Positions 9,901 through 17,702 of a stretch of DNA of 64,000 bases are shown in pieces (within the stretch, counting starts at the first letter, position 1; every line of letters starts with the position of its first letter). The DNA is from Limisphaerales bacterium (GTDB taxonomy: Bacteria > Verrucomicrobiota > Verrucomicrobiia > Limisphaerales > JBGAJN01), in the NCBI GenBank assembly GCA_044224905.1, contig JBGAJN010000001.1, forward strand, positions 1,079,266-1,143,265. The letters are read 5' to 3'. The translations under genes were made by a program, and so were the position numbers. The notes under the pieces are model-generated. The model saw nothing but the letters and a program-made list of their open reading frames with translations, did not search any database and was not told the origin of the DNA.

Positions 9901-12719
9901 TCGAGACTGATGAAGGCATCGTAAGGGAGAAATGTCAGCGTGAGGATGATTTGCCCCAATTGTCGCCCCGCCGATCCCGCGACCGCGCGAAGATGCATCG
10001 CCCACGGCAGTTCCGCTGCCTTGCAAAAGGCCTCCACCAGCGCGGCCAGGAAACCGGGCAACGCAATGATCGCAATTACGAACAGCACACCTCTTCCGCC
10101 GACCCCAGGGAGGAGAAGCCAATGGCCGAGAATCAGGAGAAGCAGCGCGATGGGGACGAGGCTGCGCCGAAGGTTGTCGAATATTTTCCACTGCGAAAGC
10201 CACGAGAGCGGATTGGCTATGCGGCGCGCGTCCGCGCCGGGAACCCGCGGTAGAAGCCACTGGGTAATCTGCCAGTCACCGCGAATCCACCGGTGCCGTC
10301 GATCCATGTCCACGTTGTAGCGGGAGGGAAATTCTTCGTAGAACTCCACGTCACTCACTAAGGCAGAGCGCGCGTGGCAGGCTTCCAGCAAGTCGTGACT
10401 GAGGATCGTGTTCTCGGGAAAGCGTCCCTCGATGGCCCGTTGAAATGCGTCCACGTCGTAGATGCCTTTTCCGATAAACGAACCTTCCTGAAAAACATCC
10501 TGATAAACATCGGACACTTCTCGCGTGTACGGATCAATCCCCGCATCGCCGGCGAAAAGCCGGACAAACCACGAGCGTCGCGCGCTCGGCAGGCTGACGC
10601 CCACGCGCGGTTGCAGAATGCTGTAACCCTCGGTGACGATCCCGCGTTCTGGATGGAATTCCGGGCGGTTCAACGGATGCGCCATCGTGCCCACGAGCTG
10701 ACGTGCGGCGTCGCGCGGCAACTTCGTATCCGTATCCAACGTGATGACGTATTTAACTGCGGGCAGAATGGCGGTGTCTCCCACGATCACCGAAAAGCAT
10801 TCGCGGGATCCTCCGCGAAGGAACGCGTTCAATTCCGTCAGCTTCCCCCGCTTGCGTTCGTAACCCATCCACACGCCCTCGCCGGCGTTCCAGCGACGCG
10901 GGCGATGAAAGAGGAAGAACAGATCCTGGGTGTCTGAGAGATATTTACGATTGAGTAGTTCGATCCCGGCCCGCGCGCGTTGGAGCAACTGTGAATCAGC
11001 GGGCTGAAGCTCTTCCAGCGCGTCGCGGAAATCGGTCAGCAAAGCGAAGTGAAGGTTGGGATCGCGATTTGCAAGATGATGAATTTCCAAGGTCTCGATG
11101 AGGCGGTCCACGCCGTCGATGCTCGTGAGCATCGTGGGCACGACTACGAGCGTCCGGCAGTCGGACGCGATCCCAGAGGAATAGTCCAAGCGCGGCAACA
11201 GGCGCGGTTTCATGAGCACGGTGGACAACCAGTTCATCAACGCGACTCCCAGTTGACTGGCGCAGACCGCGAAGACAGCGGTGAAGAAAATCAGCTTCCA
11301 TCCCTGCACGTGGAAGACCAGAGCTTGCAGCATGAATGCAAACGTGGCGACCAAGGTGAGCGCCCCAATTCCGCCGGCGTAAAATGTGAGTGGAAAATGG
11401 TGAATGCCTCGCTCAATGGTTGTTCGCATTGGCCAGCGCACCGCGACCGCGCGTCCGAGTTTCGCCCGTCCCTTGTCGATCAGATAGAAACCTACGTGGG
11501 TTGTGCGGATTTCCCGCGCGCCGTGCCGCGCGTGGCTTCCGGCTAATTCGACGACTTTTGCCGCGACCTCCGCTTCCGAAGACATGCTGTATCGCGCGAA
11601 GAATTCGACCGCGTGCCGATAGCGGTCACGCGTGGCAAAATCCATTTCGCCGTAGATGCCGGCGGGGTCTTTCCGCAAAGTTGCCTCCACGACGCTCAAC
11701 GATTCCACGAACTCTTTCCAATCAGTCGCGCTCAGAAATCGCAGGCTCGCAATGCTGTGGCTGACGGAAACCTGATCCGCGGCTTGATTCTGACTCTCCA
11801 GATGGACGAGTTGTTCGATCGACAACCCGCGTTCGACGAGTCGTTGTTCCAGCCAGCCGCGCGCGAGGTGCAACACGGGACTTTGACGCGACAGGCGTTG
11901 ACAAAACTCCGCAACGAACGAGCTGGAAGTGGGCAGATCTGCCTTCGCCATGTCCGCCACCACGATGACGAGATGAGAAGGATTTTTCTCCGCCATGTCC
12001 TGCAATCGATCCACCCACAGGTCCGCCAGATCGCGGTCTAAGCGTGCGAGCGTAAGGCGAGTGGTGACGCGCTGGAGATTTTCAATCAACCCAAGACGCA
12101 GCATGATGGGAATGGCCCATAGTTCTCCGAGTTTCAGCGGCACGACCGTTTGGTAGGCGGCCACGAAAGCGCTGAGCGGACCGGCGTCGATCTGCGCGTC
12201 CACGTGGGAGATCAGTTCAAGCACGATGTCGTAAACGCGAGGCAATCCGGCGGAGTATGAATTCAGGAGTCGGGGCAATTCCCGACTGTAGCCGCGCGGC
12301 AAATGCCTTCGGGCCATCTGAATTTGCTCTTCAATCAGGTAGAAGTTGTCGAGCAACCACTCGGCGGCGGGCGTGATCCGTCGGCTGGGGTTAACGGAAA
12401 GCGTGGCGTGATTAAAAGATCGTAAGACGGTTTCGTTTTGTTGCAGCTGGGCTAGCAGGCGGTTCGAACCTTGCGCGGTGACGAACTGATGCTCGGCCGC
12501 GATCTTTTTCGCGTGGCGTGCCAACTGTTCCACACTAAACAACTCAGCCCGCAATGGCGGTTCGCCCACGACTGTCGACGAACGCGGGTGACCCGCCATC
12601 CAGCTTTGAATGAGTGATGGCAGTATTTGCATGTGTTTCCGGATTCCCGTCGCAACCGCCGCAAAGCATTTCTGTAATGGGCTGTCTTTGACGTGACTGC
12701 CGATTTGCCGCACTGCCAA
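3906..12719 (-). CDS. ndvB: cyclic beta-1,2-glucan synthase (Cgs/NdvB/ChvB type: membrane GT domain + cyclisation region + C-terminal GH94-like phosphorylase)
   Basis: A single 2937-aa ORF. It has N-terminal TM segments and a GT motif region (ITLDTDTKLPRDAARQLVGTMAHPLNRP ... RHRWIRGDWQ). The C-terminal third carries GH94 glycosyl-phosphorylase hallmarks (GFRDQLQDS, WWHPP, GCGDWND). Size and architecture match the roughly 2800-2900-aa Cgs family. Confidence 0.9.
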   Translation of the reverse strand: MAVRQIGSHVKDSPLQKCFAAVATGIRKHMQILPSLIQSWMAGHPRSSTVVGEPPLRAELFSVEQLARHAKKIAAEHQFVTAQGSNRLLAQLQQNETVLRSFNHATLSVNPSRRITPAAEWLLDNFYLIEEQIQMARRHLPRGYSRELPRLLNSYSAGLPRVYDIVLELISHVDAQIDAGPLSAFVAAYQTVVPLKLGELWAIPIMLRLGLIENLQRVTTRLTLARLDRDLADLWVDRLQDMAEKNPSHLVIVVADMAKADLPTSSSFVAEFCQRLSRQSPVLHLARGWLEQRLVERGLSIEQLVHLESQNQAADQVSVSHSIASLRFLSATDWKEFVESLSVVEATLRKDPAGIYGEMDFATRDRYRHAVEFFARYSMSSEAEVAAKVVELAGSHARHGAREIRTTHVGFYLIDKGRAKLGRAVAVRWPMRTTIERGIHHFPLTFYAGGIGALTLVATFAFMLQALVFHVQGWKLIFFTAVFAVCASQLGVALMNWLSTVLMKPRLLPRLDYSSGIASDCRTLVVVPTMLTSIDGVDRLIETLEIHHLANRDPNLHFALLTDFRDALEELQPADSQLLQRARAGIELLNRKYLSDTQDLFFLFHRPRRWNAGEGVWMGYERKRGKLTELNAFLRGGSRECFSVIVGDTAILPAVKYVITLDTDTKLPRDAARQLVGTMAHPLNRPEFHPERGIVTEGYSILQPRVGVSLPSARRSWFVRLFAGDAGIDPYTREVSDVYQDVFQEGSFIGKGIYDVDAFQRAIEGRFPENTILSHDLLEACHARSALVSDVEFYEEFPSRYNVDMDRRHRWIRGDWQITQWLLPRVPGADARRIANPLSWLSQWKIFDNLRRSLVPIALLLLILGHWLLLPGVGGRGVLFVIAIIALPGFLAALVEAFCKAAELPWAMHLRAVAGSAGRQLGQIILTLTFLPYDAFISLDAIGRTVLRLLVTHKRLLEWQTSSDSERSTRAELGDFFSTMWISPTVALASAFAIALFQPNEMLPALPLIGVWLAAPWIAWRISQPIETRPPDLSADQLSFLRQTARKTWHFFETFVTARENWLPPDNFQEIPAPVIASRTSPTNMGLALLANLAAHDFGYLSTGGLIRRTQAALATMQRLERHRGHFYNWYETRTLQPLLPLYVSSVDSGNLAGHLLTLAAGLREQADEKIFTPQIFIGLRDTVKLLRGLTHENATLAKLDAELDAAPSGLRASFRLLQSTTQHANALVAALGNGDEQLNDWTQTLKRSCDEHFEELVFLAPWLTLPARGDLNQSADGAITQSEIRNPKSQIDSIAPRPTAEKSEGNPGQLDQALSLREVSKLDEQLGVVSETSGHSDEWTRCMREASDHARQRLAALEALATQCDDLARMDFLFLFDTARDLFATGYNVTERRADTSFYDLLASEARLCSYVAIALGQVPQDHWFSMGRLLVASQGKPILVSWSGSMFEYLMPLLVTPNFENTLLDHTCRAAVQQQIEYGKLRGVPWGISESGYNRTDVELNYQYRAFGVPGLGLKRGLAEDLVIAPYATAMALMVAPVEACENLQRLASDGRSGPYGFYEAVDYTPSRLPPDTTSATIQSFMAHHQGMSLLALVNLLRDYPMQRRFMACPLLKAADLLLQERVPKAAASVLAEDLKLEESRAFTGDGESIMRIFTNPSPPVPEVHLLSNGRYHVVISSAGGGYSRWRDLAVTRWREDATRDCWGTFVYLRDLVTGEFWSTAYQPTLRPTKGYEAIFTQARAEFRQRHAGLEIHTEISVSPEDDIELRRITITNRSPVARQIELTSYAEVVLALPSADAAHPAFSNLFVQTEFARDSSAILCTRRARSAEEKPPWLLHLLLGQGGGQGQVSCETDRSRFVGRGGSLANPAAMQDSAPLSNTVGSVLDPIVSLRRTIALAPHETAIVDLVIGVTESREAALAQVEKYQSPRMADRAFDLAWTHSQVTLHQLNVTEAEAQLYGRLAGALIYADPARRANPAVLLNNRRGQNGLWSYGISGDAPIVLLRISDGAKIEIVRQLIQAHSYWRMKGLTVDLVIVNEDVSVYRQTLQDQITSHISSGIEAQMLDKPGGIFVRRLEQIPNDDRVLLQAAARIVLDDEKGTLAEQMEHRSVLEPAIPALKISRSRSPELPEHVPQRELIFPNGYGGFTRDGHEYVITLQPGQMTPAPWVNVLANPYFGTVISESGAAYSWVENSHEFRLTPWSNDPVQDTTGEAFYIRDDQTGAFWSPTPLPAQGTTPYVIRHGFGYTVFEHTEHGIASELWVYVAMDAPVKFSVLKLRNISGDSRRLSVTGYVEWVLGDLRHKSLLHVQTEVDLKTGALLARNHYNTDFPDRIAFIDVNDITRTLTGDRKEFIGRNADLAQPAAMKRARLSGKVGAGLDPCGAVQVAFSLADGQEREFCFRLGVGRNAGEVQNLIRRFRRADASRVTLEAVWEYWNRTLGSVNVDTPDPAVNVMANGWLLYQTLSCRLWGRTGFYQSGGAYGFRDQLQDSMALVHSEPALIREHLLRAASHQFREGDVQHWWHPPAGRGVRTHFSDDLLWLPYVTCHYVACIADTGVLDEKIPFLEARLLKPEEEAYYDLPHRSEESATLYEHCVRAIERALRFGEHGLPLIGCGDWNDGMNMVGKGGRGESVWLAFFLYDVLNRFAELARSRNDLPFAQRCLSQARQLQRNIEQHAWDGEWYRRAYFDNGEPLGSQSNPECQIDSLPQSWSVISGAGDPVRSRQAMNSVDERLVRRKAELIQLFDPPFDKSSLNPGYIKGYIPGVRENGGQYTHGAIWTVMAFALRGENDHAWELFSLLNPVHHGGTAQQIATYKVEPYVVAADVYAIAPHTGRGGWTWYTGSAGWMYRLLIETLLGVNREGDQLRLTPRLPNSWTSYKIHYRYQQTVYHITFSRVSADSPNANQLFLDGTALTGKTVPLIDDRKEHFVEMKL
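8851..8875. repeat. 7-nt tandem repeat (GATTTCG x3.5) inside the glucan synthase gene
   Basis: gatttcggatttcggatttcggatt read at 8851-8875. It encodes part of a low-complexity linker (..QSEIRNPKSQIDS..). Confidence 0.8.
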
Positions 12720-12911
12720 CGAAGCAAGAGCGATGAACGCGCGAACCCGACGCGGAGCCGCGTCAAGCCCGCCGAATCGACTTTGTTGCGCTGGCTATGC
12801 TTTGCCTCAAGACGTTGCGTCACGGTTCCGGACCGGCATATAAGGTGTTTCCCCCTCTTGTGCGGCGGCGCCCTGAGCTCGCGACCGTTCCCGGCGATCA
12901 AAACTAAGGTC

Positions 12912-12929
12912 GGGTTACACCCCATAGCT
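12912..12929 (+). promoter_or_regulatory. CACCCCAT-box copy (GGGTTACACCCCATAGCT)
   Basis: 18-mer identical to 19629-19646. It lies in the divergent region between the glucan synthase (start 12719) and the lipoprotein gene. The 14-mer core ends 70 nt upstream of ATG 12995. Confidence 0.55.
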
Positions 12930-12994
12930 GGATGTTAAGCCAGCAACTAGTTTCATCTCGGTCATCACTGCGACCTTTAACCCGCACATTAATT

Positions 12995-13441
12995 ATGAAA
13001 CACAAAACATTACTCGTCACTTTCCTCTCCGTTGCCGCTTTTACGGTCGGTTGTGACAAATCGGAGACGACTTCCAAGCAACTCGACAAGGTTCAGGAGA
13101 AAGCGGCCGACGCCGCGCAGGATATGAAGGACTACACCTTCGCGCAGAAGTCCGAGTTCGTGGAAAAGATGCAGGCTCAGTTGAGCGAGCTGAACCGCGA
13201 CGTGGACCAGCTCAACGCCAAGATCGAAAAGTCCAGCGACGCAATCAAAGCCGAGGCGCAACCGAAGCTCCAGGCTTTGCGCGACCAAACCGCCCAATTG
13301 AACAAGCAGCTCGACGAAGCGCGCAACGCGACTGAATCCACGTGGGACAGTGTCAAAAGCGGCTTCAAGAAAGCGTACGAATCTTCCAAGCAAGGTTTCC
13401 AACAAGCTCGCCAATGGGTGAGCGAAAAAATAGCGCCGTAG
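12995..13441 (+). CDS. coiled-coil (apolipoprotein/LEA-like) lipoprotein
   Basis: MKHKTLLVTFLSVAAFTVGC lipobox, then an all-helical, Lys/Glu/Gln-rich sequence (148 aa). The track ORF begins at 12932; I trimmed it to the signal peptide start. Confidence 0.75.
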   Translation: MKHKTLLVTFLSVAAFTVGCDKSETTSKQLDKVQEKAADAAQDMKDYTFAQKSEFVEKMQAQLSELNRDVDQLNAKIEKSSDAIKAEAQPKLQALRDQTAQLNKQLDEARNATESTWDSVKSGFKKAYESSKQGFQQARQWVSEKIAP

Positions 13442-13458
13442 AGCGCAAAGGAATTTTT

Positions 13459-13908
13459 ATGAAACAACTTAGTCACTCCAAAATCCGAATCGTTCTCGTC
13501 GCGGTGGCGCTTGGCGCCTTCACGGGTTGCGTCGGGTTCGTCGATGAGCCGCGTCACGGCGGCGTATATGTGGAACCTCGCGGTGTCGTCGTTGGAGCGG
13601 GAGTCGCCGTGCGGGATGACTACGTTTATTATCCCGGCTACGAGGTTTATTACAGCAGCAGCCGGCGCCAATACGTTTACCTCGATGGCCGCTCTTGGGT
13701 CTCGCGACCGGCACCGCCGCACGTCTCCGTCGATGTGTTGTTTGCATCGCCTTCGGTAAGGTTGGATTTCCATGACTCGCCATCGTTCCACCACTCAGCG
13801 GTGGTTCGGCAGTATCCGAGACATTGGGCGCCGTCGGGATCGAGATACAACCGCGGAGACGAACGCCGCTACGAAGGGCAAGGAAACGAACGCGGTCGCG
13901 GCAGATAA
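13459..13908 (+). CDS. lipoprotein, Tyr/Arg-rich, unknown function
   Basis: MKQLSHSKIRIVLVAVALGAFTGC lipobox, then ..RDDYVYYPGYEVYYSSSRRQYVYLDGRSWVSRP.. and a basic C-terminus. It starts 17 nt after the previous stop. The track ORF was trimmed from 13342. Confidence 0.65.
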   Translation: MKQLSHSKIRIVLVAVALGAFTGCVGFVDEPRHGGVYVEPRGVVVGAGVAVRDDYVYYPGYEVYYSSSRRQYVYLDGRSWVSRPAPPHVSVDVLFASPSVRLDFHDSPSFHHSAVVRQYPRHWAPSGSRYNRGDERRYEGQGNERGRGR

Positions 13909-13956
13909 ACCAGAGAGCCGCGCAATTGCTGCGGTTCCGAGAAAGCAAATCCCGTC

Positions 13957-15876
13957 ATGAATGCCATCAACATTTGCAACAAGATCCCCGCATGCTCCGC
14001 ATCGCGCGCCGCCATGCATTGCCTGACCGTAGCGCTAGCTCTGCTAATGGGTTCTAGTTGGAATTCCGCACACGGCCAACTTCAGCCGGCTTACAACGAT
14101 GCGCCCGGAGCACAGGTGCTCACGCGCGGTCCAGTACATGAAGCGTTCGCCGGAATCGTCAGCTTTAATCCCGAGCCGGGCGTCGTGGTTCCGAAAACCC
14201 CGCCGGGCGTCATCGAAGAAATGCCGCCCGAGGAACGGCCTGACGGAGACAACGTCACGTGGATCCCCGGCTATTGGGCGTGGGACGACGAGCGAAGTGA
14301 CTTTCTGTGGGTGAGTGGAACTTGGCGCGCGTTGCCTCCGGGGCGCGAGTGGATCGCCGGCTACTGGGGAAATACCGCGCGCGGCTTCCAATGGACGTCG
14401 GGCTATTGGGCCGACGCCGCTGCCAGGGAAACCATTTATCTGCCCGCGCCGCCTGCGACTGTCGAAACGGGGCCGAATATTGCGGCACCTTCAATTGATT
14501 ACGGTTGGTCGCCGGGATGCTGGGTTTGGTATAGCGGGCGTTACGCGTGGCGTCCGGGCTATTGGGTGCAAGGGCGAGCCGATTGGGATTGGTGTCCGGC
14601 ACATTACGTCTGGACTCCGCGCGGATACATTTTTGTCGGCGGCTTTTGGGATTATCCGGTGGAACGACGCGGCGTGCTTTTTGCGCCGGTCTATTTTGAG
14701 GCCGGAGTTAACGCCCGCCGCGGCTATTCCTATTCGCCCCGAATCGTGATTGATCTGGGCGTTTTCTCGGCCCACCTCTTCCTGCGGCCGAGTTACAGTC
14801 ATTATTATTTTGGCGACTACTATGGCGCGAGCTACGTTCGAGGCGGCTTCTACGCTTCGTTTTCGTTCCAATCCAGCCGACACGGCTACGATCCGATTTA
14901 CTCTCACCAGCGTTGGGAACATCGCCAGGATCGGGAGTGGGATCACCGCGTAGCAGCGTCCTATCAATATCGCCATGACCACGAGAGCGCCCGCCCGCCG
15001 CGCACTTGGGCGGCTCAGCGGTCGATCAACCCGGGTTCCGCGGACTCCCGGCAGAATCACTTGGTGGTAGCCACGCCCTTTGAGCAACTCGCGAAGGGAG
15101 CCGAAAATCCAATCCGCTTCCAACCGGTGGCGAGAGACGAACGGCAGCGTCTTGCCCAGCGAGGCCAGGAAGTGCAACAAAACCGTGATCAGCGTCGTAC
15201 GCTGGAGTCGAAAGTCGCTGCAACGCCCGATCGCAGGGTAAACGCCGTGGTCGAGCCAGCCCGAGTGCAACTCCCGAGATCGCCGATTGTTTCGAAGTCC
15301 GGCAACGGATCGGGAAGAAACTCAGCCCCACCGACGGCACCGCAAGCGCCCAAGCCGGATCCCAAGTTTAGGCCGCAACCGCAATCAACCGTTCGCCCGC
15401 CAAATGTTGAACGGGCAACGCCCCAACCGGACGTCCGCAGGCCCGAAGCGGGCAAGCAACCGGCACCTGTGCGCCCGGAAGCGCTGCGCGCGCCGACGCC
15501 GACTCAACGTGAGACGGCTCCTCGCACCAAGGAATCGAGAATCAAAGGACAGGAGGAAGCGCAACGAAAAGCGATCGAAGCGAATCAGAACGCTGTCCGT
15601 GAACGGGAAACCCGCGCAAAGATGGCAACGCAGAAAGCGAACGAAGATTCTCAACGTTATTTGAAGGATATTGAAAATCGAGCGCGGCAGGACGCCGAAC
15701 GACGCGCGAAAGAATCCGTGGTGAGAACTCCGGAGCCTTCGCCGCGGAACGCAAAGCCTGTCGAGGTGCGACCGCAACCCGCGCCGAAAGGTGCTGCTCC
15801 GAAACGTCCGGATTCGAATGACAAGGCCGACCCGAATGCCGGGGAAAAAGGCCGTGAAAAGAAATCTAAAGATTAG
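13957..15876 (+). CDS. YXWGXW-repeat secreted protein with long Pro/Arg/Glu-rich disordered C-terminal half
   Basis: Signal-like N-terminus, with an alternative start at 14014 (MHCLTVALALLMG). Repeated W-x-x-G-Y-W units are present: WIPGYWAWDD, WVSGTWRA, WIAGYWGN, WTSGYWAD, WSPGCWVWYSGRYAWRPGYWVQ, FVGGFWDYP. Confidence 0.8.
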   Translation: MNAINICNKIPACSASRAAMHCLTVALALLMGSSWNSAHGQLQPAYNDAPGAQVLTRGPVHEAFAGIVSFNPEPGVVVPKTPPGVIEEMPPEERPDGDNVTWIPGYWAWDDERSDFLWVSGTWRALPPGREWIAGYWGNTARGFQWTSGYWADAAARETIYLPAPPATVETGPNIAAPSIDYGWSPGCWVWYSGRYAWRPGYWVQGRADWDWCPAHYVWTPRGYIFVGGFWDYPVERRGVLFAPVYFEAGVNARRGYSYSPRIVIDLGVFSAHLFLRPSYSHYYFGDYYGASYVRGGFYASFSFQSSRHGYDPIYSHQRWEHRQDREWDHRVAASYQYRHDHESARPPRTWAAQRSINPGSADSRQNHLVVATPFEQLAKGAENPIRFQPVARDERQRLAQRGQEVQQNRDQRRTLESKVAATPDRRVNAVVEPARVQLPRSPIVSKSGNGSGRNSAPPTAPQAPKPDPKFRPQPQSTVRPPNVERATPQPDVRRPEAGKQPAPVRPEALRAPTPTQRETAPRTKESRIKGQEEAQRKAIEANQNAVRERETRAKMATQKANEDSQRYLKDIENRARQDAERRAKESVVRTPEPSPRNAKPVEVRPQPAPKGAAPKRPDSNDKADPNAGEKGREKKSKD

Positions 15877-15933
15877 TCAACGGAGCACGGTGGGTCGGTC
15901 TCTTCGGTCAAACACCAAACCATCAAGAAAACT

Positions 15934-16293
15934 ATGAACACAAATCCAAGAAACATCGGAAAATCCCTCAAGACATTCGGAATGATCGCCTCATTGGTCG
16001 CGCTGCCATTAGTCGTGGGCGTGACCGGCTGCACTACCGGCAGTCGCTACGAACAAAGCACGGGCGAGCGAATCGACGACCACGGTACCACCTCTCGCGT
16101 CCGCTCCGCCCTGGCTGACGACTCGCAGTACAAGTATGGCGGAGTGACGGTCGATACGTTCAAGGGCACCGTTCAATTGAGCGGCTTCGTCAATTCTCGC
16201 GACCAGAAAAATCGAGCTGGCGACCTCGCCAGGACCGTCGTTGGTGCGCGCGAAGTGGTGAACAACATCACCGTCAAAGAGTCCGCCAACTAA
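15934..16293 (+). CDS. BON-domain lipoprotein (OsmY-like, single BON)
   Basis: Lipobox VVGVTGC, then DDHGTTSRVRSALADD...VTVDTFKGTVQLSGFVNSRDQKNRAGDLARTVVGAREVVNNITV, which is the BON domain pattern. Confidence 0.85.
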   Translation: MNTNPRNIGKSLKTFGMIASLVALPLVVGVTGCTTGSRYEQSTGERIDDHGTTSRVRSALADDSQYKYGGVTVDTFKGTVQLSGFVNSRDQKNRAGDLARTVVGAREVVNNITVKESAN

Positions 16294-16321
16294 ACTGTGA
16301 GTTGATTTCGGTTCCTTGCGA

Positions 16322-16370
16322 CTTGGTGGCGCCGTTATCCGAACCCGGGTTTCCGCCACCAAGTTTCTTT
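16322..16370 (+). terminator. terminator-like hairpin after the BON lipoprotein gene
   Basis: CTTGGTGGCG 16322-16331 pairs with CGCCACCAAG 16354-16363. There is an inner AACCCGGGTT palindrome, and TTTCTTT follows the stem. Confidence 0.55.
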
Positions 16371-16538
16371 GGTCTTCGCGCTGGGGTTTCCTCGCGGGGA
16401 CGAGATCGAAGAATTGAACGACCGTGCTATGGCGCTGTGCTTTAGCGCCGATATCAACCGACGCAAAGCACCGGAATTCCGATCGCTCGGGGAATCGAAA
16501 TTCAATCGACGACGACTGCTTTTCATCCGCATTCCGAT

Positions 16539-17699
16539 ATGAACGAGCCCCCGTCAACGACGCCGATCCAAGGCAAGCCCGGCTCAGCCGTCGAACCGGT
16601 TCCAGCGGTGGACTCGGCGGGTGTCGACGCGCCAATTGTTGCACCGTCAGACGCCCCGGCCACCGAAACCAATCCTATGCAAGTCGCCCTGGTGGTGATG
16701 GGGGCGATTGCTTTTCTGTATTTCGCTCGTCCTGTGGTGATGCCCGTTTTCCTCGCGTGCATCATTGGCATGGCGTTGAAACCGCTGATCCGTTGGCTGG
16801 ATTCCTGCCGCGTTCCGCCACCGCTTTCTGCAGCGATCCTGCTTCTGCTCTTTGTGTCCGCTGTCGTCATTGGTTTCGCTCAACTGGGGCGCCCAGCAGT
16901 CGCGTGGATGAATGAAGCGCCCCAACACATGACCGAAGTGCGCCACCGCGTTTTGAAAATGGTTCCACGGCTGGCCCACCTCGGGGAGATGGCGGCCGCA
17001 GTCAATAATTTAGGGGCGACGGACGACGAGCAGAACAAGGCCCCCAAAGTGGAATTGAAAGCCAGCCCGGTTCCCGGTGTGTTCATCAACTGGACCGGAA
17101 GCTTTCTCGCTGGTTTGGGCGAGACGCTCGTCCTGTTGTATCTCCTCCTCGCGTCCGGTGATTTGTTTTTGCAGAAACTCGTGCGGGTGATGCCCACGCT
17201 GCGTGACAAAAAAAGCGCCGTGGAAATCAGCCGTGAGATTCAGCAAAACATCTCGAGGTATCTATTCTCCGTCACGTTGATCAACCTCGGCTTGGGCTTG
17301 GTGGTCTGCGGTGGACTCTATTTCATGCACGTGCCCAACGCTCCGATGTGGGGAATGCTCGTGGCCCTGCTGAACTTTGTTCCCTATTTCGGTCCCGTGG
17401 TGGGAATCATTTTACTGGCGACCGTCGGATTGCTCACGTTCGATTCCTTGTGGCAGGCGATTCTCCCTCCGGCTTGGTACCTCCTCCTGCATCTTCTGGA
17501 GGCGAATTTGATTACCCCCGTCTTACTCGGACGCCGGTTCACGCTGAATCCAGTGGTCATTTTCGTTTCATTGATTTTCTGGACGTGGCTCTGGGGCGTG
17601 CCCGGCGCGTTGTTGTCGGTGCCGATTTTGGTTTCGGTCAAAGTCGTTTGCGATCGAGTTCCCGCGATGTCGCACTTCAGCGAACTCCTTTCCACGTGA
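16539..17699 (+). CDS. AI-2E family transporter (PerM/YhhT-type permease)
   Basis: 386 aa with multiple TM helices and the characteristic C-terminal block NFVPYFGPVVG...GRRFTLNPVVIFVSLIFWTWLWGVPGALLSVPIL. Confidence 0.85.
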   Translation: MNEPPSTTPIQGKPGSAVEPVPAVDSAGVDAPIVAPSDAPATETNPMQVALVVMGAIAFLYFARPVVMPVFLACIIGMALKPLIRWLDSCRVPPPLSAAILLLLFVSAVVIGFAQLGRPAVAWMNEAPQHMTEVRHRVLKMVPRLAHLGEMAAAVNNLGATDDEQNKAPKVELKASPVPGVFINWTGSFLAGLGETLVLLYLLLASGDLFLQKLVRVMPTLRDKKSAVEISREIQQNISRYLFSVTLINLGLGLVVCGGLYFMHVPNAPMWGMLVALLNFVPYFGPVVGIILLATVGLLTFDSLWQAILPPAWYLLLHLLEANLITPVLLGRRFTLNPVVIFVSLIFWTWLWGVPGALLSVPILVSVKVVCDRVPAMSHFSELLST

Positions 17700-17702
17700 T
17701 GT

